A DNA stretch of 64,000 nucleotides from Gemmatimonadaceae bacterium (GCA_051859245.1 JBHYGA010000004.1:704001-768000); one strand, 5' to 3'; shown: positions 1 through 9,345, counted from the stretch's first letter. Translations and numbers: made by a program. Notes: generated by a model from the sequence alone, not told the origin.

Positions 1-2914
1 CCCGATCGAGCGTGATGTTCAGCGACGCATTTGAGCTCCACGGGCCACGACAACTATTGCGCTCGGCGACGCGTCCGATCTGTCGATCGAGGCAGCGGCG
101 TGTGGCCGCCGGTAGCGTGCTGTACAACTCCTGCAGCCCGGCACGCACCGACGGATCGGCGACGGTGTTCGGATCGTAGATGAACGCCCGATCGTTGCTG
201 TATCCGTCACCATTGATGTCGCCTGACACCGTGGGTGTAAACGCATTGCCGGAACGGAACTGTCCGTTCCAGTTCACGGTGAGGTAGTCAAAAAAGTTGT
301 AGCGCAGGTTGTAGCTGATCTGGTGTGGGCCGGTGGAAGCTACCGCCCACTCGCGGGTGAAGGGACTGCCTGCGGTACTCTGAAAGCCTGGCACCTGCTC
401 GCGCACGTACATGTAGGTGTAGGCAGCACTCCAGCCCCAGCGACTGAAAGAACGCTGGATGGGCGAGAGTCTGAGACTGAGTTGCGCGGTCTGCGATTGC
501 AGATCTGAACGTACTTCGCTCACGCGGTTGAACAGTGGTGACACGCGCGCATCACGAGCGGCGATGGCGCCGGTGAGCGGATCAATGCTGGTGGTGGCGA
601 CATACACCGGGCGACTCGCTTCGCCGTTGAGCACGAACTGCTGATTCTCCAGAAAGTTGAGATCCACCTGTTGCTGCTGGTTCACGTTCACCGCGAACGT
701 GCCTTCCGCGTTGAGTGAGTAACGCGCGTCGAGAATCGGCCCCTGCCACGAGAGGTTGGAGCGAATCGCGCTCTGCGGGCGGAAGCTATTGCTGAACAAC
801 ACAACGTTTGGCGAAGAGTTCGCGAACACCGTGCCACCGGTCCCGTCGGCGCAGCGATCGGGCACCAGATCGAGCTTGCCGTTGTACGCATTCCAATCGG
901 GGAATGGAGCGGCCGCGCCGTTGCACACAAGCTGTTGAATGCCAGAGGGCAGACCGGTTTGATCCAGGGCGCTGCCTACCTGTCCAGCCTGGGCGCCGTT
1001 GGTGAACACACCAATGCCTCCACGAACAATCGCGCGCGGCGGCACGAATGCGCCTGAGAACGCCGCGATATCCTGCGATTGTCCCAACGTCCACGAAAAT
1101 CCAATGCGTGGGCTGAAGGCGATCGGTGTCGGCAGCTTATCGTTGCGAACACCGAATACCTCTTCCACGCTGGCATTGTAGTTCGGGGTGTTCAGGTATC
1201 GGATATTCTCCACACGCAGTCCATACTGAATCTGCACGTTGGGGGTGCGGCGCCACGAATCACCAATCGAGAGTGCACCGGTCAACTGTGAACTGTTTCG
1301 CTGCTGCGCGGTGAGCTGTCGTGTGAAGGACGCCGGACGGCCCGCGTCAAAGTCTTCGAGTGAGTTAAAGGCAAACGTACCGAGCAGATTGTTGGCGAGG
1401 TTCTGCTGGGCACCACTGTACCGCAGTTCCGTGGTAAACTTCACGCGATGTTTGTTCGCGTCATCGAACCAGGACAACGTGTTCTGCAGCGTGGCACCAA
1501 CCGTGCGCGAATCATTGAACAGCGACTGGCTGCCTCCAAAGCCGAGATTCTGTACGCCGCTCGCGCCGTTCTCGAGCACTGAGTTCACGCGCACACGTCC
1601 CAGTGGCAACTGCAGATACGGATCGCCGTAGTTGCGCGAAATGTTCACGCCAGCGTTGGTTTCGCTCAGAATCAATCCGAAATACCGATTGGTGCGCAGC
1701 TGAATACCACCGCCCCAGTTCACGCGATCGCCGCTGCTCGCCGCCAACTGCGTGGCGCTTCCACCAACCGGACTCTGGCGCCCGAAGTTGCCGTTGAACG
1801 CAATGCTGTACGCGTCGCCATTCACCGCGTTCGGCGGCTGAATATCAATGCTGCCGAAAAAACTTCCATTGTCGTTGAAACGACTGCCGCGATCTCCACC
1901 GCTCAATCGCGGAATGCCCTGCTGATCGAGCAATCCCAGAAAGCGATTCACTGAATCGGGTGCAACGCCCGCGGTTTGAAAGCCGAGCGGTCCCGTGTTG
2001 AGCAGTGTCTGATTGGCGCGGGAGTTGCGATCAAGCTGGAACGACATGCTGTAAAACACCTTGTTCTGCTTGATCGGCCCCGACATCAATCCACCGAGTG
2101 ACACGTTCGTGAACTCGGTGCCCAGTGCTTGCGCCGCACGGTCCGTCCACTGCAACTGCGGCGCGGCGGTCACGAGACTGAAGCCGCGGCTGCTGAAGTT
2201 CGAGCCGCCACGCGACTGCACATTGAAGTTGCCACCACTGAATCCGCCGCGCGATGGATCAAATGGCGATGTCGTCAGCGACGAGGAAATGTTCGCATCG
2301 CGCGGCAGTCCGTTGCCGCCAAAGTCCATGCCGTTGAGTGTGGTGCTGTTCGCGTCGGCACCAAGACCGAGGACGGAAAAACCATCAGGATTTCCATCGG
2401 TGCCGGGAATGAGCGCCACGCCAGGCAGTGATGCGGCCATCGCGGCGAGATTGCCCTGAATGTCGGGTGTGATCGTGCCCGCATCCAGACGTCGCTCCGT
2501 ACCGCTCACATCCGGCGTCTGTGAGTTGAACCGGCTGATGCGTTGCTGCACCGGTGCCGTGGACACCACCGTATCGAGCTGCATCGGCTGCAGTCGTGTG
2601 TCGGCGATCAGCACATCCTGATCGACGGTGCGCTTGATCTGAAACTGGCGCGACGAATAACCAACGGCAGCAAAGCTCATGATGTAGTCGCCCTGACCAC
2701 CAGGGAACGCGATCTGAAAACTGCCGCGTGAGTCGGTGCGCGTGTTGCGCTGCACGTTGCCCGGAATCGACGTGGCCGTGACGCGCACGTTATTGATGGG
2801 CTCGCCTTCGGTACTTGTTACACGACCGCGGATGACATCGACCTGCGCGGCGAGTGTCGCCGGAATCGCGCTAAGAGTGAGCGCGAGCGTGAGGATAACG
2901 ACGGGCAGACGCAT
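1..2914 (-). CDS. TonB-dependent outer-membrane receptor with N-terminal carboxypeptidase-regulatory-like domain (partial, 3' end runs off the window)
   Basis: Not in the ORF track, consistent with no stop inside the window. Manual translation from ATG 2914 gives MRLPVVILTLALTLSAIPATLAAQVDVIRGRVTSTEGEPINNVRVTATS...TRTDSRGSFQI (signal peptide plus CarboxypepD_reg-like domain), a plug-like FDPSRGGFSGG segment, and the same frame open at the edge (NSCRGPWSSNASLNITLDR). Confidence 0.85.
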   Translation of the reverse strand, partial: MRLPVVILTLALTLSAIPATLAAQVDVIRGRVTSTEGEPINNVRVTATSIPGNVQRNTRTDSRGSFQIAFPGGQGDYIMSFAAVGYSSRQFQIKRTVDQDVLIADTRLQPMQLDTVVSTAPVQQRISRFNSQTPDVSGTERRLDAGTITPDIQGNLAAMAASLPGVALIPGTDGNPDGFSVLGLGADANSTTLNGMDFGGNGLPRDANISSSLTTSPFDPSRGGFSGGNFNVQSRGGSNFSSRGFSLVTAAPQLQWTDRAAQALGTEFTNVSLGGLMSGPIKQNKVFYSMSFQLDRNSRANQTLLNTGPLGFQTAGVAPDSVNRFLGLLDQQGIPRLSGGDRGSRFNDNGSFFGSIDIQPPNAVNGDAYSIAFNGNFGRQSPVGGSATQLAASSGDRVNWGGGIQLRTNRYFGLILSETNAGVNISRNYGDPYLQLPLGRVRVNSVLENGASGVQNLGFGGSQSLFNDSRTVGATLQNTLSWFDDANKHRVKFTTELRYSGAQQNLANNLLGTFAFNSLEDFDAGRPASFTRQLTAQQRNSSQLTGALSIGDSWRRTPNVQIQYGLRVENIRYLNTPNYNASVEEVFGVRNDKLPTPIAFSPRIGFSWTLGQSQDIAAFSGAFVPPRAIVRGGIGVFTNGAQAGQVGSALDQTGLPSGIQQLVCNGAAAPFPDWNAYNGKLDLVPDRCADGTGGTVFANSSPNVVLFSNSFRPQSAIRSNLSWQGPILDARYSLNAEGTFAVNVNQQQQVDLNFLENQQFVLNGEASRPVYVATTSIDPLTGAIAARDARVSPLFNRVSEVRSDLQSQTAQLSLRLSPIQRSFSRWGWSAAYTYMYVREQVPGFQSTAGSPFTREWAVASTGPHQISYNLRYNFFDYLTVNWNGQFRSGNAFTPTVSGDINGDGYSNDRAFIYDPNTVADPSVRAGLQELYSTLPAATRRCLDRQIGRVAERNSCRGPWSSNASLNITLDR

Positions 2915-2963
2915 AGCGGCGGAGACGCTCCCGGGAGGGTGAGGGACGCGGAACATGCTGTCC

Positions 2964-2992
2964 GTAGACACCGTACCAGGCCCAAGCGTTGC
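2964..2992 (-). promoter_or_regulatory. Possible ECF-sigma-type promoter of the TonB receptor (GCAAC-N18-GTCTAC)
   Basis: Minus strand GGCAACGCTTGGGCCTGGTACGGTGTCTAC lies ~50 nt upstream of the ATG and resembles the generic ECF AAC...GTC consensus. Confidence 0.3.
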
Positions 2993-3095
2993 CAATGCAA
3001 CGGAACACAACGCAGGCGTGTCGCGGTGACCTGACGAACCCGCGATACGTACGCTACGTCACAACGAAGGTTCCCGCGCGCGGCGAACCTGCGGA

Positions 3096-3803
3096 CTATT
3101 TGTTACGCGTACCCGAGCGGCGACGACGGCGCGCTGCGAAGGAGAGTCCGCTCAAACCAATGATGGCGAGCGCGACTGTAGAAGGTTCTGGCACGATCGC
3201 GGCGGGCTCTTCAACGACGTCTGCAATTTGCAGATTGTTGAGCGCCATTGTGTACACCACCGGCAGCGCGCCTTCCGACGCGGCCGCAAAGGGTGCCGAG
3301 ATGACGATGCGATCGAAGAGGCTGTTTTCAAAGCCCCACCACAGCGGTTGTTCAGCGTTCGCCAGAATGAACTGCAGCCGCTCAGCGCTCGTGAACGAGT
3401 TGACGAGTGTGAGTCCGTCAAAGACGTCAAATCGAACATTCGATGTGGGCGATGCATTGAACCCAAGCAGGTTGAACGCCGCGCTACGCACCTGACGATT
3501 AAACAGAATGCTCACTGAAAAATCGATGTTCGTATTGACGCCGTTGGCCACCGCTCCCTGACCAACCTGACTGAACGGATTGAAGAGGTTGTCCGACTCC
3601 GAGAGATACACCGCCGAGTTGAACGTCACGCCTTCTTTGGCGCACGAGACGGTTCGCAACGCGGAGGTGCAACTCGTGCCGCTGACGCTCAGTTCACGGT
3701 ATGGCGGTGTGAGCCCGTAGTCGCGCGCAACAATTGCCTGCTGCGCCGAAAGATCAGACGCAACAGCGGTGCACAACGCGAGCGCTACACAGAAACGAAG
3801 CAC
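3096..3803 (-). CDS. PEP-CTERM sorting-domain protein (235 aa)
   Basis: C-terminus VPEPSTVALAIIGLSGLSFAARRRRR has the PEP motif, TM helix and Arg cluster. The likely start is GTG 3803 after a GGAGAG RBS, giving signal peptide MLRFCVALALCTAVASDLSA-QQ. Confidence 0.88.
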   Translation of the reverse strand: MLRFCVALALCTAVASDLSAQQAIVARDYGLTPPYRELSVSGTSCTSALRTVSCAKEGVTFNSAVYLSESDNLFNPFSQVGQGAVANGVNTNIDFSVSILFNRQVRSAAFNLLGFNASPTSNVRFDVFDGLTLVNSFTSAERLQFILANAEQPLWWGFENSLFDRIVISAPFAAASEGALPVVYTMALNNLQIADVVEEPAAIVPEPSTVALAIIGLSGLSFAARRRRRSGTRNK

Positions 3804-4010
3804 GAACAGCTCTCCACAAGGAATCACCCGTCCGGCATCTCCGACGCCGGCTACCGTCCAGAAGTATTGCACGAACCCGCCCGTCTGGTAAGACGCCCCC
3901 GCTGGATTCTTGACCCCGGGGCCCGCAGGCTGCACCTTTGCGCGTTGTCTTTGTCTACAAAAGTCTACAACCCCGGTGGTCTCGTGCGCTCGAATGTCCG
4001 CGCGCGCGCC

Positions 4011-4991
4011 ATGCATACCGTTTCGAGCCGTCGCCGCTCCTCGGTGTGCGGCGCGCTGTGCATGGCCGCAATGCTGAGTATGGTGGTTGGCTGTCGCGCC
4101 ACGGGTGGCGCTGCGGCAAGTGGTAACACCCTCGACGCCCGCGCAGCGGCGGCGTTGGCGCAAGAGCGGCAGGTTGGTGTCGCTTCTCGCGCCACCATCG
4201 GTGTACCGCCATTCGAGTGGAATGGTGCCGATCCGCGACTCACGGCACTCGGCTACGCGATTGCCGACCTGCTCGTGACGGACTTGGCACGAAGCAGCCA
4301 GCTGCAGCTCGTGGAGCGGGCGCGTCTTGGCGACGTGCTGCGAGAAACGGATCTCGCGGCCGCGGGACGCGTGGATTCTGCAACCGCACCGCGCGTGGGA
4401 CTGTTGCTTGGTGCGCAGCGCTTGATTCTGGGCTCGCTCGACACGCTGCCCTCCGGCGACCTGCGGCTTGGTGTTCGGGTGGCGGACGTGGCCACGGGTG
4501 TGCTCCAGCAGGCGCTCGACGCGCGCGCGCCACTCACCGATCTGCTCGCGGCCGAAAAGGTGGTGGCGTTTCGGTTGTTTGATGCGCTGGGCGTCACGCT
4601 CACCCCCGCCGAACGAGCGGCCGTGGAAGCCGCCAGGCCCGCCGCCAGTCTTGACGCGCTCACCGCCTTTGGACGCGGCGTGCAGGCGGAGCTGGCCGGG
4701 GATCGCAGGCGGGCATTCGATGAGTACCAGCGGGCCGGTGGCCTGTCGCCAAGCTTTGACCTCGCATTTCAGCGCGCGGCCGCGCTTCGCCAGATCGTAC
4801 AGGGTGAGGCCTCCGCCACGTCCTTGTTGCCGGGCGTCCGCCCGATCAATGCGGCCGTTGCCGGTACCGTTGATCGACTCAATCGGCCACTGGACTTCAT
4901 TACCTCTTACGCGCGACCAACGGGCGGCGCCGGTGATCCGGCGTTTCCGAGTACTGTGGTCACCGTGGTCGTACGAGTGCGACGCCCGTGA
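4011..4991 (+). CDS. CsgG/HfaB (TolB-N/FlgO-like) domain lipoprotein
   Basis: Lipobox-like VVGC; TIGVPPF...LADLLVTDL-like segment, LQLVERARLGDVLRE, RVGLLLGAQRLILGS, LGVRVADVATG match the CsgG/TolB-N fold pattern; a helical TPR-like tail follows. Start taken at ATG 4011. Confidence 0.75.
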   Translation: MHTVSSRRRSSVCGALCMAAMLSMVVGCRATGGAAASGNTLDARAAAALAQERQVGVASRATIGVPPFEWNGADPRLTALGYAIADLLVTDLARSSQLQLVERARLGDVLRETDLAAAGRVDSATAPRVGLLLGAQRLILGSLDTLPSGDLRLGVRVADVATGVLQQALDARAPLTDLLAAEKVVAFRLFDALGVTLTPAERAAVEAARPAASLDALTAFGRGVQAELAGDRRRAFDEYQRAGGLSPSFDLAFQRAAALRQIVQGEASATSLLPGVRPINAAVAGTVDRLNRPLDFITSYARPTGGAGDPAFPSTVVTVVVRVRRP

Positions 4992-6265
4992 GAACAGCCC
5001 CCGCGCCTGGCCCATCGCGTGTGTTCACGCCCGCTCTCGCCGCGCTCGGCGTGGCGATGGCGCTGAGCGCGGATGGCGTGGGCGCGCAGGAACGGCTTGT
5101 GGGCAGTCGAACGAGCGGCGTGGGCGTATCGTATGAGCGCGTCACGTTCGGTGGCGCTGGTCTGTTGCAGTCGGCATTCGCTGGCATTGATACGGCGCGC
5201 GTGAAGAGTGTGGATCAGTTCACGTTGCCGATTACGGCGTCCACTCCCATCGGTGGCACCAGTTGGCGCCTCGATGTGACCACGCTGTACGCATCCGGTC
5301 AGGTCACGTTCAGCGATCGGCTCGCGCCCGGTGGAACGCGCACCGCCACGCTCAGCGGCATCAGTGATGTGCGCACCCGCGCGACCGGTCGGTTCTTGCA
5401 TGACGCCGTGGTCATGACCGTTGGCCTGAACTTGCCAACGGGACAAACGACGCTTGATGGCTCGGAGTTCAGTACGCTGCGCATTGTGGCGTCACCAGCG
5501 CTCGGCCTTGGCAGCTCGCCTGTTGGATCCGGACTGAGCGGCACACTCGGCCTCGTGTTCGCGCAACAAGTGGGCGCGTGGTCACTCGCGTACGGCAGTT
5601 CATATGAAGCGCGCGGCAAGTATCAGCCGGTCGCCGCGTTGATCGCGGGTACTGGTGCGTCAGATTTTCTGCCGGGCGGCGTGTTTCGCCTCTCGCTTGG
5701 CGCCGACCGTCTGGTGGGAGCGCACCGTCTCAGCGTGGCGGCGGCCGCTGATGTGTTTGCCGATGATCGTTTGCGTGGCGCGGCGATCGAAGACTCGGCA
5801 ACGACAACGACGCTGAGCGAATCGCGCGTGCGTCTTGGTCCCGTGTTGAGTGGTGATGTGCAGCTGCTGATTGCGGCGCCGAAATTTCGGGAGTTGCTGG
5901 CGTACAGCTCGTTTCGGTGGCGCGCTCCGTATGCGCGCGATGGAAAAACGGTGGAGCGTTCTAGCGGACAATATCTCGAAGCCGGAACGCGCGCAGTGGT
6001 TCCGTGGGGAGCACAACGCGGGGTGATTCTGTCCGCCGACGCGCGTTGGCACTCGGGTCTCGGTGTTGACCAGGGGCTGCCCACCGCTGGGGTCACGAGT
6101 GGTGCGGTATCGGCAGGATTGCAAATCGAACGAGGGTTGCTGTCGTTCTATCCGTATGTGCGCGCGCAGGCCGGTTCATTGCGTCAACGAAGTGCGCAGG
6201 TGCAGTCGGGCAGTCAGAGTTTTTCTGGTGCAGGTGGTGGACTCGTCATCGTGTCTCGGTTCTGA
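4988..6265 (+). CDS. Putative outer-membrane beta-barrel protein (uncharacterised)
   Basis: Signal peptide ending VGA-Q, many amphipathic beta-strand-like segments, C-terminal GGGLVIVSRF ending in Phe (BAM beta-signal-like). GTGA overlap with the upstream stop. Confidence 0.65.
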   Translation: MRTAPAPGPSRVFTPALAALGVAMALSADGVGAQERLVGSRTSGVGVSYERVTFGGAGLLQSAFAGIDTARVKSVDQFTLPITASTPIGGTSWRLDVTTLYASGQVTFSDRLAPGGTRTATLSGISDVRTRATGRFLHDAVVMTVGLNLPTGQTTLDGSEFSTLRIVASPALGLGSSPVGSGLSGTLGLVFAQQVGAWSLAYGSSYEARGKYQPVAALIAGTGASDFLPGGVFRLSLGADRLVGAHRLSVAAAADVFADDRLRGAAIEDSATTTTLSESRVRLGPVLSGDVQLLIAAPKFRELLAYSSFRWRAPYARDGKTVERSSGQYLEAGTRAVVPWGAQRGVILSADARWHSGLGVDQGLPTAGVTSGAVSAGLQIERGLLSFYPYVRAQAGSLRQRSAQVQSGSQSFSGAGGGLVIVSRF

Positions 6266-6272
6266 GGGAACC

Positions 6273-9200
6273 ATGCAGACTCTCAATAGCCCTACGCAGC
6301 GGTCGAATCGTTGGTCTCGTCTTCGACAGACCAGCTGTCTCGCGTTGTCACTGATCACGTTTTCGGCGTGCGCCCCCTTGGCCGATTTGCTCACGCCAGG
6401 ACAGCGTGGCACCGTCGAGCCGGCAGCCGTGGCGTTGCAGGCGAATATCCCGCGCTTTAATACCAGCGCGAACGATGTGGTGACATTGAATGTGATTGCC
6501 AGTTACGTGAGAAAGGACGCATCGCGCGTTCGCATCGGCACGCAAACGCTGGCGTTGAGCAATTCGGAGTTGCAGTCGGTACCGATTCCGGTTGATGTGG
6601 GAACGTGTCTCGCGGATCCACAGCGAGACGGTGGCACGGGTTCATGTGTGGTTGTGCTGAATCTGGCCTTGCTGGTGAACGGCATTGTGGTTGACGAGCA
6701 AGTAGTCGGCCCGCTCTCGCTCACGCCCGGACAGCCTACGGAAGTCTCCGAGCCGGTCACGTTGTTCAGTATTGCAGCGCTTGAAATCGTGGACGGCAGC
6801 GGCGCGCCCGTATCCACCACCGCGCCCGTCGTTGTGAATCTTGGTGACGCTCCTCGGCTACGTGCCCGTGTGCTCGACGGCGACGGGAATGTGGTGAATG
6901 ATCGCGCGGCCACGTGGCGGAGTGATGCGCCAGCTGTGGCCACGATTAGCGAAACGGGCAACGTGACAACGCTGACTGTTGGCACGGCACGTTTCACCGC
7001 GTCACTCGGTACGCTTTCAACTACGGTGACCGCGAGCGTGGTGCGGCCACCGGCCGCGTTGGAAGTAGTTGGCGCCGCTGGAAGCGGGCGTGGTACCGTG
7101 CGTTCCACACCCGCCGGCATTGATTGTCGCGTTGACGAAGCCGCAACAACGGGCACGTGCAGCTTCACGTTTCCGGGTGACGCGAATGTCGAACTGCGCT
7201 CCATCCCCGACGATGGCAACCTGTTCGCCGCGTGGGGTGAAGAATGTTCGGCGTCCTCACGCGAAAATACCTGCACCGTGCGCATGTCCACGGCACGACG
7301 GGCGAGCGCACGGTTCAGCGCACTTCGTCGCATCACGATTGCGCCGAGTGCGACCAGTGATGGTCGCGGACGCGTGACGGGATCGGCGGGACTGGACTGT
7401 GTGATCACGGCAGGCGCAGCGTCAGGCAACTGCAGTGTGCAGGTTGAGCAAGGCACGAACGTCGCACTTACCGCAACACCGGAGCCTCGATCGGACGGCA
7501 CACCAACCCGTCAGCTGTTTGCGGGATGGGGCGGTGATTGCAGCGCGGCGAACGGTGCCGCCTGTGCTTTCACGGCCGGTGCAACCAACACCAATGCAAC
7601 GGTCACGTTCTTCGACGAACGTCGACTCAAGGTATCCACGGCGGGTGATGGTGGCGGTCTGGTGCGCGCCGGTTCGTTGGTGCAGTGCGCTCGCGCCGTT
7701 GGTGCGACAAGTGGCGCGTGCGAAGTGCCGCTCACGCACGGTTCGCTTGTCACGCTCACCGCCACGGCCGATGATCGCTCCGAGTTCAAAGGTTGGACCG
7801 GCGCGTGTACCGCTCGCGCTGGCGATTGCACGGTGACGATGACGGAAGCGCGTACGGTGACCGCGACGTTCGCGCGACCCACCGCCACGCTGACGATCAC
7901 GGGCATCGCGGGCAGCGGTCGCGGTACGATCCGTTCGCAACCGGCGGGCATTGATTGCCGCGTTGTTGGCGCCGCGACAAGTGGCGCGTGCTCGTTCACA
8001 TTTGCTGATCGCGTGACCGTGACGTTGCTGGCCGTTCCCGACGCGGGCAACGCGTTTGCTGCCTGGGGCAATGCGTGTGCGGCGGCGGGAGACGCCACCT
8101 CGTGCGAGCTCCAGCTCACCACGGAACGCGCGGTCAGCGCTGGTTTCACGGCGCTTCGGCAGGTGTCGGTGCGTGCGGCCACATCAAGTGACGGACGCGG
8201 TCGGGTCACGAGCCCGAACGGACTGGATTGCACGTTGAATGGCACCACGGCCACAGGAACCTGCACGGTGCCAGTGCGTGATGGAGAGAACATCACACTC
8301 ACGGCGACGCCGGAAGCGGGCGTGGCGTCGCTGCAGACCTTTGGGGCGTGGGGCGGCGACTGTGCAACGTCTACCGGTACGAACTGCACACTTTCTGTAG
8401 ACGGCGCGAATCGCGCGGTGACGGCGCTGTTCCAGGGCGAACGTCGACTGCAGGTGAACATTGTGGGCACCGGTGGTGGATCGGTGGCCTCCGGTATGCT
8501 GGTGCAGTGCACACGCGTCAACGGCAATACCAGCGGAACGTGTGACGTGCCGTTTGCGCACAGCACCGTTGTCTCGCTCGTGGCCACGGCGGACGGTCAG
8601 TCGCTGTTCAGTGGCTGGACGGGCGGTGTGTGCACAAGCAACACGAACGTGTGCACCGTCACTATGTCGCAAGCGCGCAGTGTCACGGCTACATTCACCC
8701 GACGTGCGGTTGACCCAACGATTCAGGTTGGACCGGTCGCCGGTTCTACCGGATCGGGTGTGTTGACCACACCATCGTTCAGCAACGGACTGAACTGTGC
8801 ATATGCGTTGGGCTCCACATCAGGCGCGTGCGTGATGACGGTGCCAGCCGGTACCAGCGTGAGTATCTCGGCGGCGTCCAATCCGGCGAGTGCGCTCGTG
8901 GCGTGGGGTGATGCGTGCGCCGGTACGATGTCGTTCACCTGTTCCGTGAATCCCACCAGCGCCACGATTGTCTCCGCACGTTTTGCGGCGGCGATTGATG
9001 TGAACATGGTGATCAGCGGATCGGGAACCGGTGCCGTTAGCTTTGCGATTCCGAGTGTGCCCTCGCAGCCGGTGTGTACCGGTTTGTCCGGACAAACCCG
9101 TACCTGTCGCTACGCTCTGCCTATTGGCAACTCGGGTGTGTTCCGCGCGACACCAGCGGCGGGGTCAAGTTTTGTCGGGTTCAGCGGTGCCTGTCAGGAG

Positions 9201-9281
9201 GGCGTGGGACCGGTGCCGGTGTGTACGTACCAGGGCTTCGGCTTTGTCCGCGAGATTCGGGCGGTGTTCAGCTCGCCGTGA
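6273..9281 (+). CDS. Large surface lipoprotein: N-terminal domain, Big_2 Ig-like domain, eight Cys-rich divergent InlB-B-repeat-like domains
   Basis: ATG 6273 after GAGG; lipobox FSAC; Big_2 motif TWRSDAPAVATISETGNVT; repeats of the form GxGxV..GxxC..C..VTLTA..FxGWxGxC..CTV..VTATF. Confidence 0.8.
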   Translation: MQTLNSPTQRSNRWSRLRQTSCLALSLITFSACAPLADLLTPGQRGTVEPAAVALQANIPRFNTSANDVVTLNVIASYVRKDASRVRIGTQTLALSNSELQSVPIPVDVGTCLADPQRDGGTGSCVVVLNLALLVNGIVVDEQVVGPLSLTPGQPTEVSEPVTLFSIAALEIVDGSGAPVSTTAPVVVNLGDAPRLRARVLDGDGNVVNDRAATWRSDAPAVATISETGNVTTLTVGTARFTASLGTLSTTVTASVVRPPAALEVVGAAGSGRGTVRSTPAGIDCRVDEAATTGTCSFTFPGDANVELRSIPDDGNLFAAWGEECSASSRENTCTVRMSTARRASARFSALRRITIAPSATSDGRGRVTGSAGLDCVITAGAASGNCSVQVEQGTNVALTATPEPRSDGTPTRQLFAGWGGDCSAANGAACAFTAGATNTNATVTFFDERRLKVSTAGDGGGLVRAGSLVQCARAVGATSGACEVPLTHGSLVTLTATADDRSEFKGWTGACTARAGDCTVTMTEARTVTATFARPTATLTITGIAGSGRGTIRSQPAGIDCRVVGAATSGACSFTFADRVTVTLLAVPDAGNAFAAWGNACAAAGDATSCELQLTTERAVSAGFTALRQVSVRAATSSDGRGRVTSPNGLDCTLNGTTATGTCTVPVRDGENITLTATPEAGVASLQTFGAWGGDCATSTGTNCTLSVDGANRAVTALFQGERRLQVNIVGTGGGSVASGMLVQCTRVNGNTSGTCDVPFAHSTVVSLVATADGQSLFSGWTGGVCTSNTNVCTVTMSQARSVTATFTRRAVDPTIQVGPVAGSTGSGVLTTPSFSNGLNCAYALGSTSGACVMTVPAGTSVSISAASNPASALVAWGDACAGTMSFTCSVNPTSATIVSARFAAAIDVNMVISGSGTGAVSFAIPSVPSQPVCTGLSGQTRTCRYALPIGNSGVFRATPAAGSSFVGFSGACQEGVGPVPVCTYQGFGFVREIRAVFSSP
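7050..8705 (+). repeat. Intragenic tandem duplication of a three-domain unit (~830 nt period)
   Basis: GSGRGTVRSTPAGIDCRV / GSGRGTIRSQPAGIDCRV, SDGRGRVT twice, ERRL..GGG.V..G.LVQC twice; similarity is visible in the DNA near 7090 and 7920. Confidence 0.85.
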
Positions 9282-9304
9282 TGCGGGTTGCTCCACGAAC
9301 AAGA

Positions 9305-9345
9305 CAAACGCCCCGCGTGATCATCACGATCACGCGGGGCGTTTG
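9305..9345. terminator. Bidirectional terminator-like hairpin between convergent genes
   Basis: Perfect 18-bp stem CAAACGCCCCGCGTGATC / GATCACGCGGGGCGTTTG with a 5-nt loop. Confidence 0.8.

Noticed and set aside
587..594. E. coli Chi octamer GCTGGTGG
   Set aside because: An isolated match inside a coding region is expected by chance at this GC content, and the Chi sequence of this RecBCD is unknown.
3096..5015. 639-aa ORF suggesting a large PEP-CTERM protein overlapping the CsgG-like gene
   Set aside because: The N-terminal ~400 aa is antisense shadow of the plus-strand gene. An RBS, GTG and signal peptide at 3803 define the real start.
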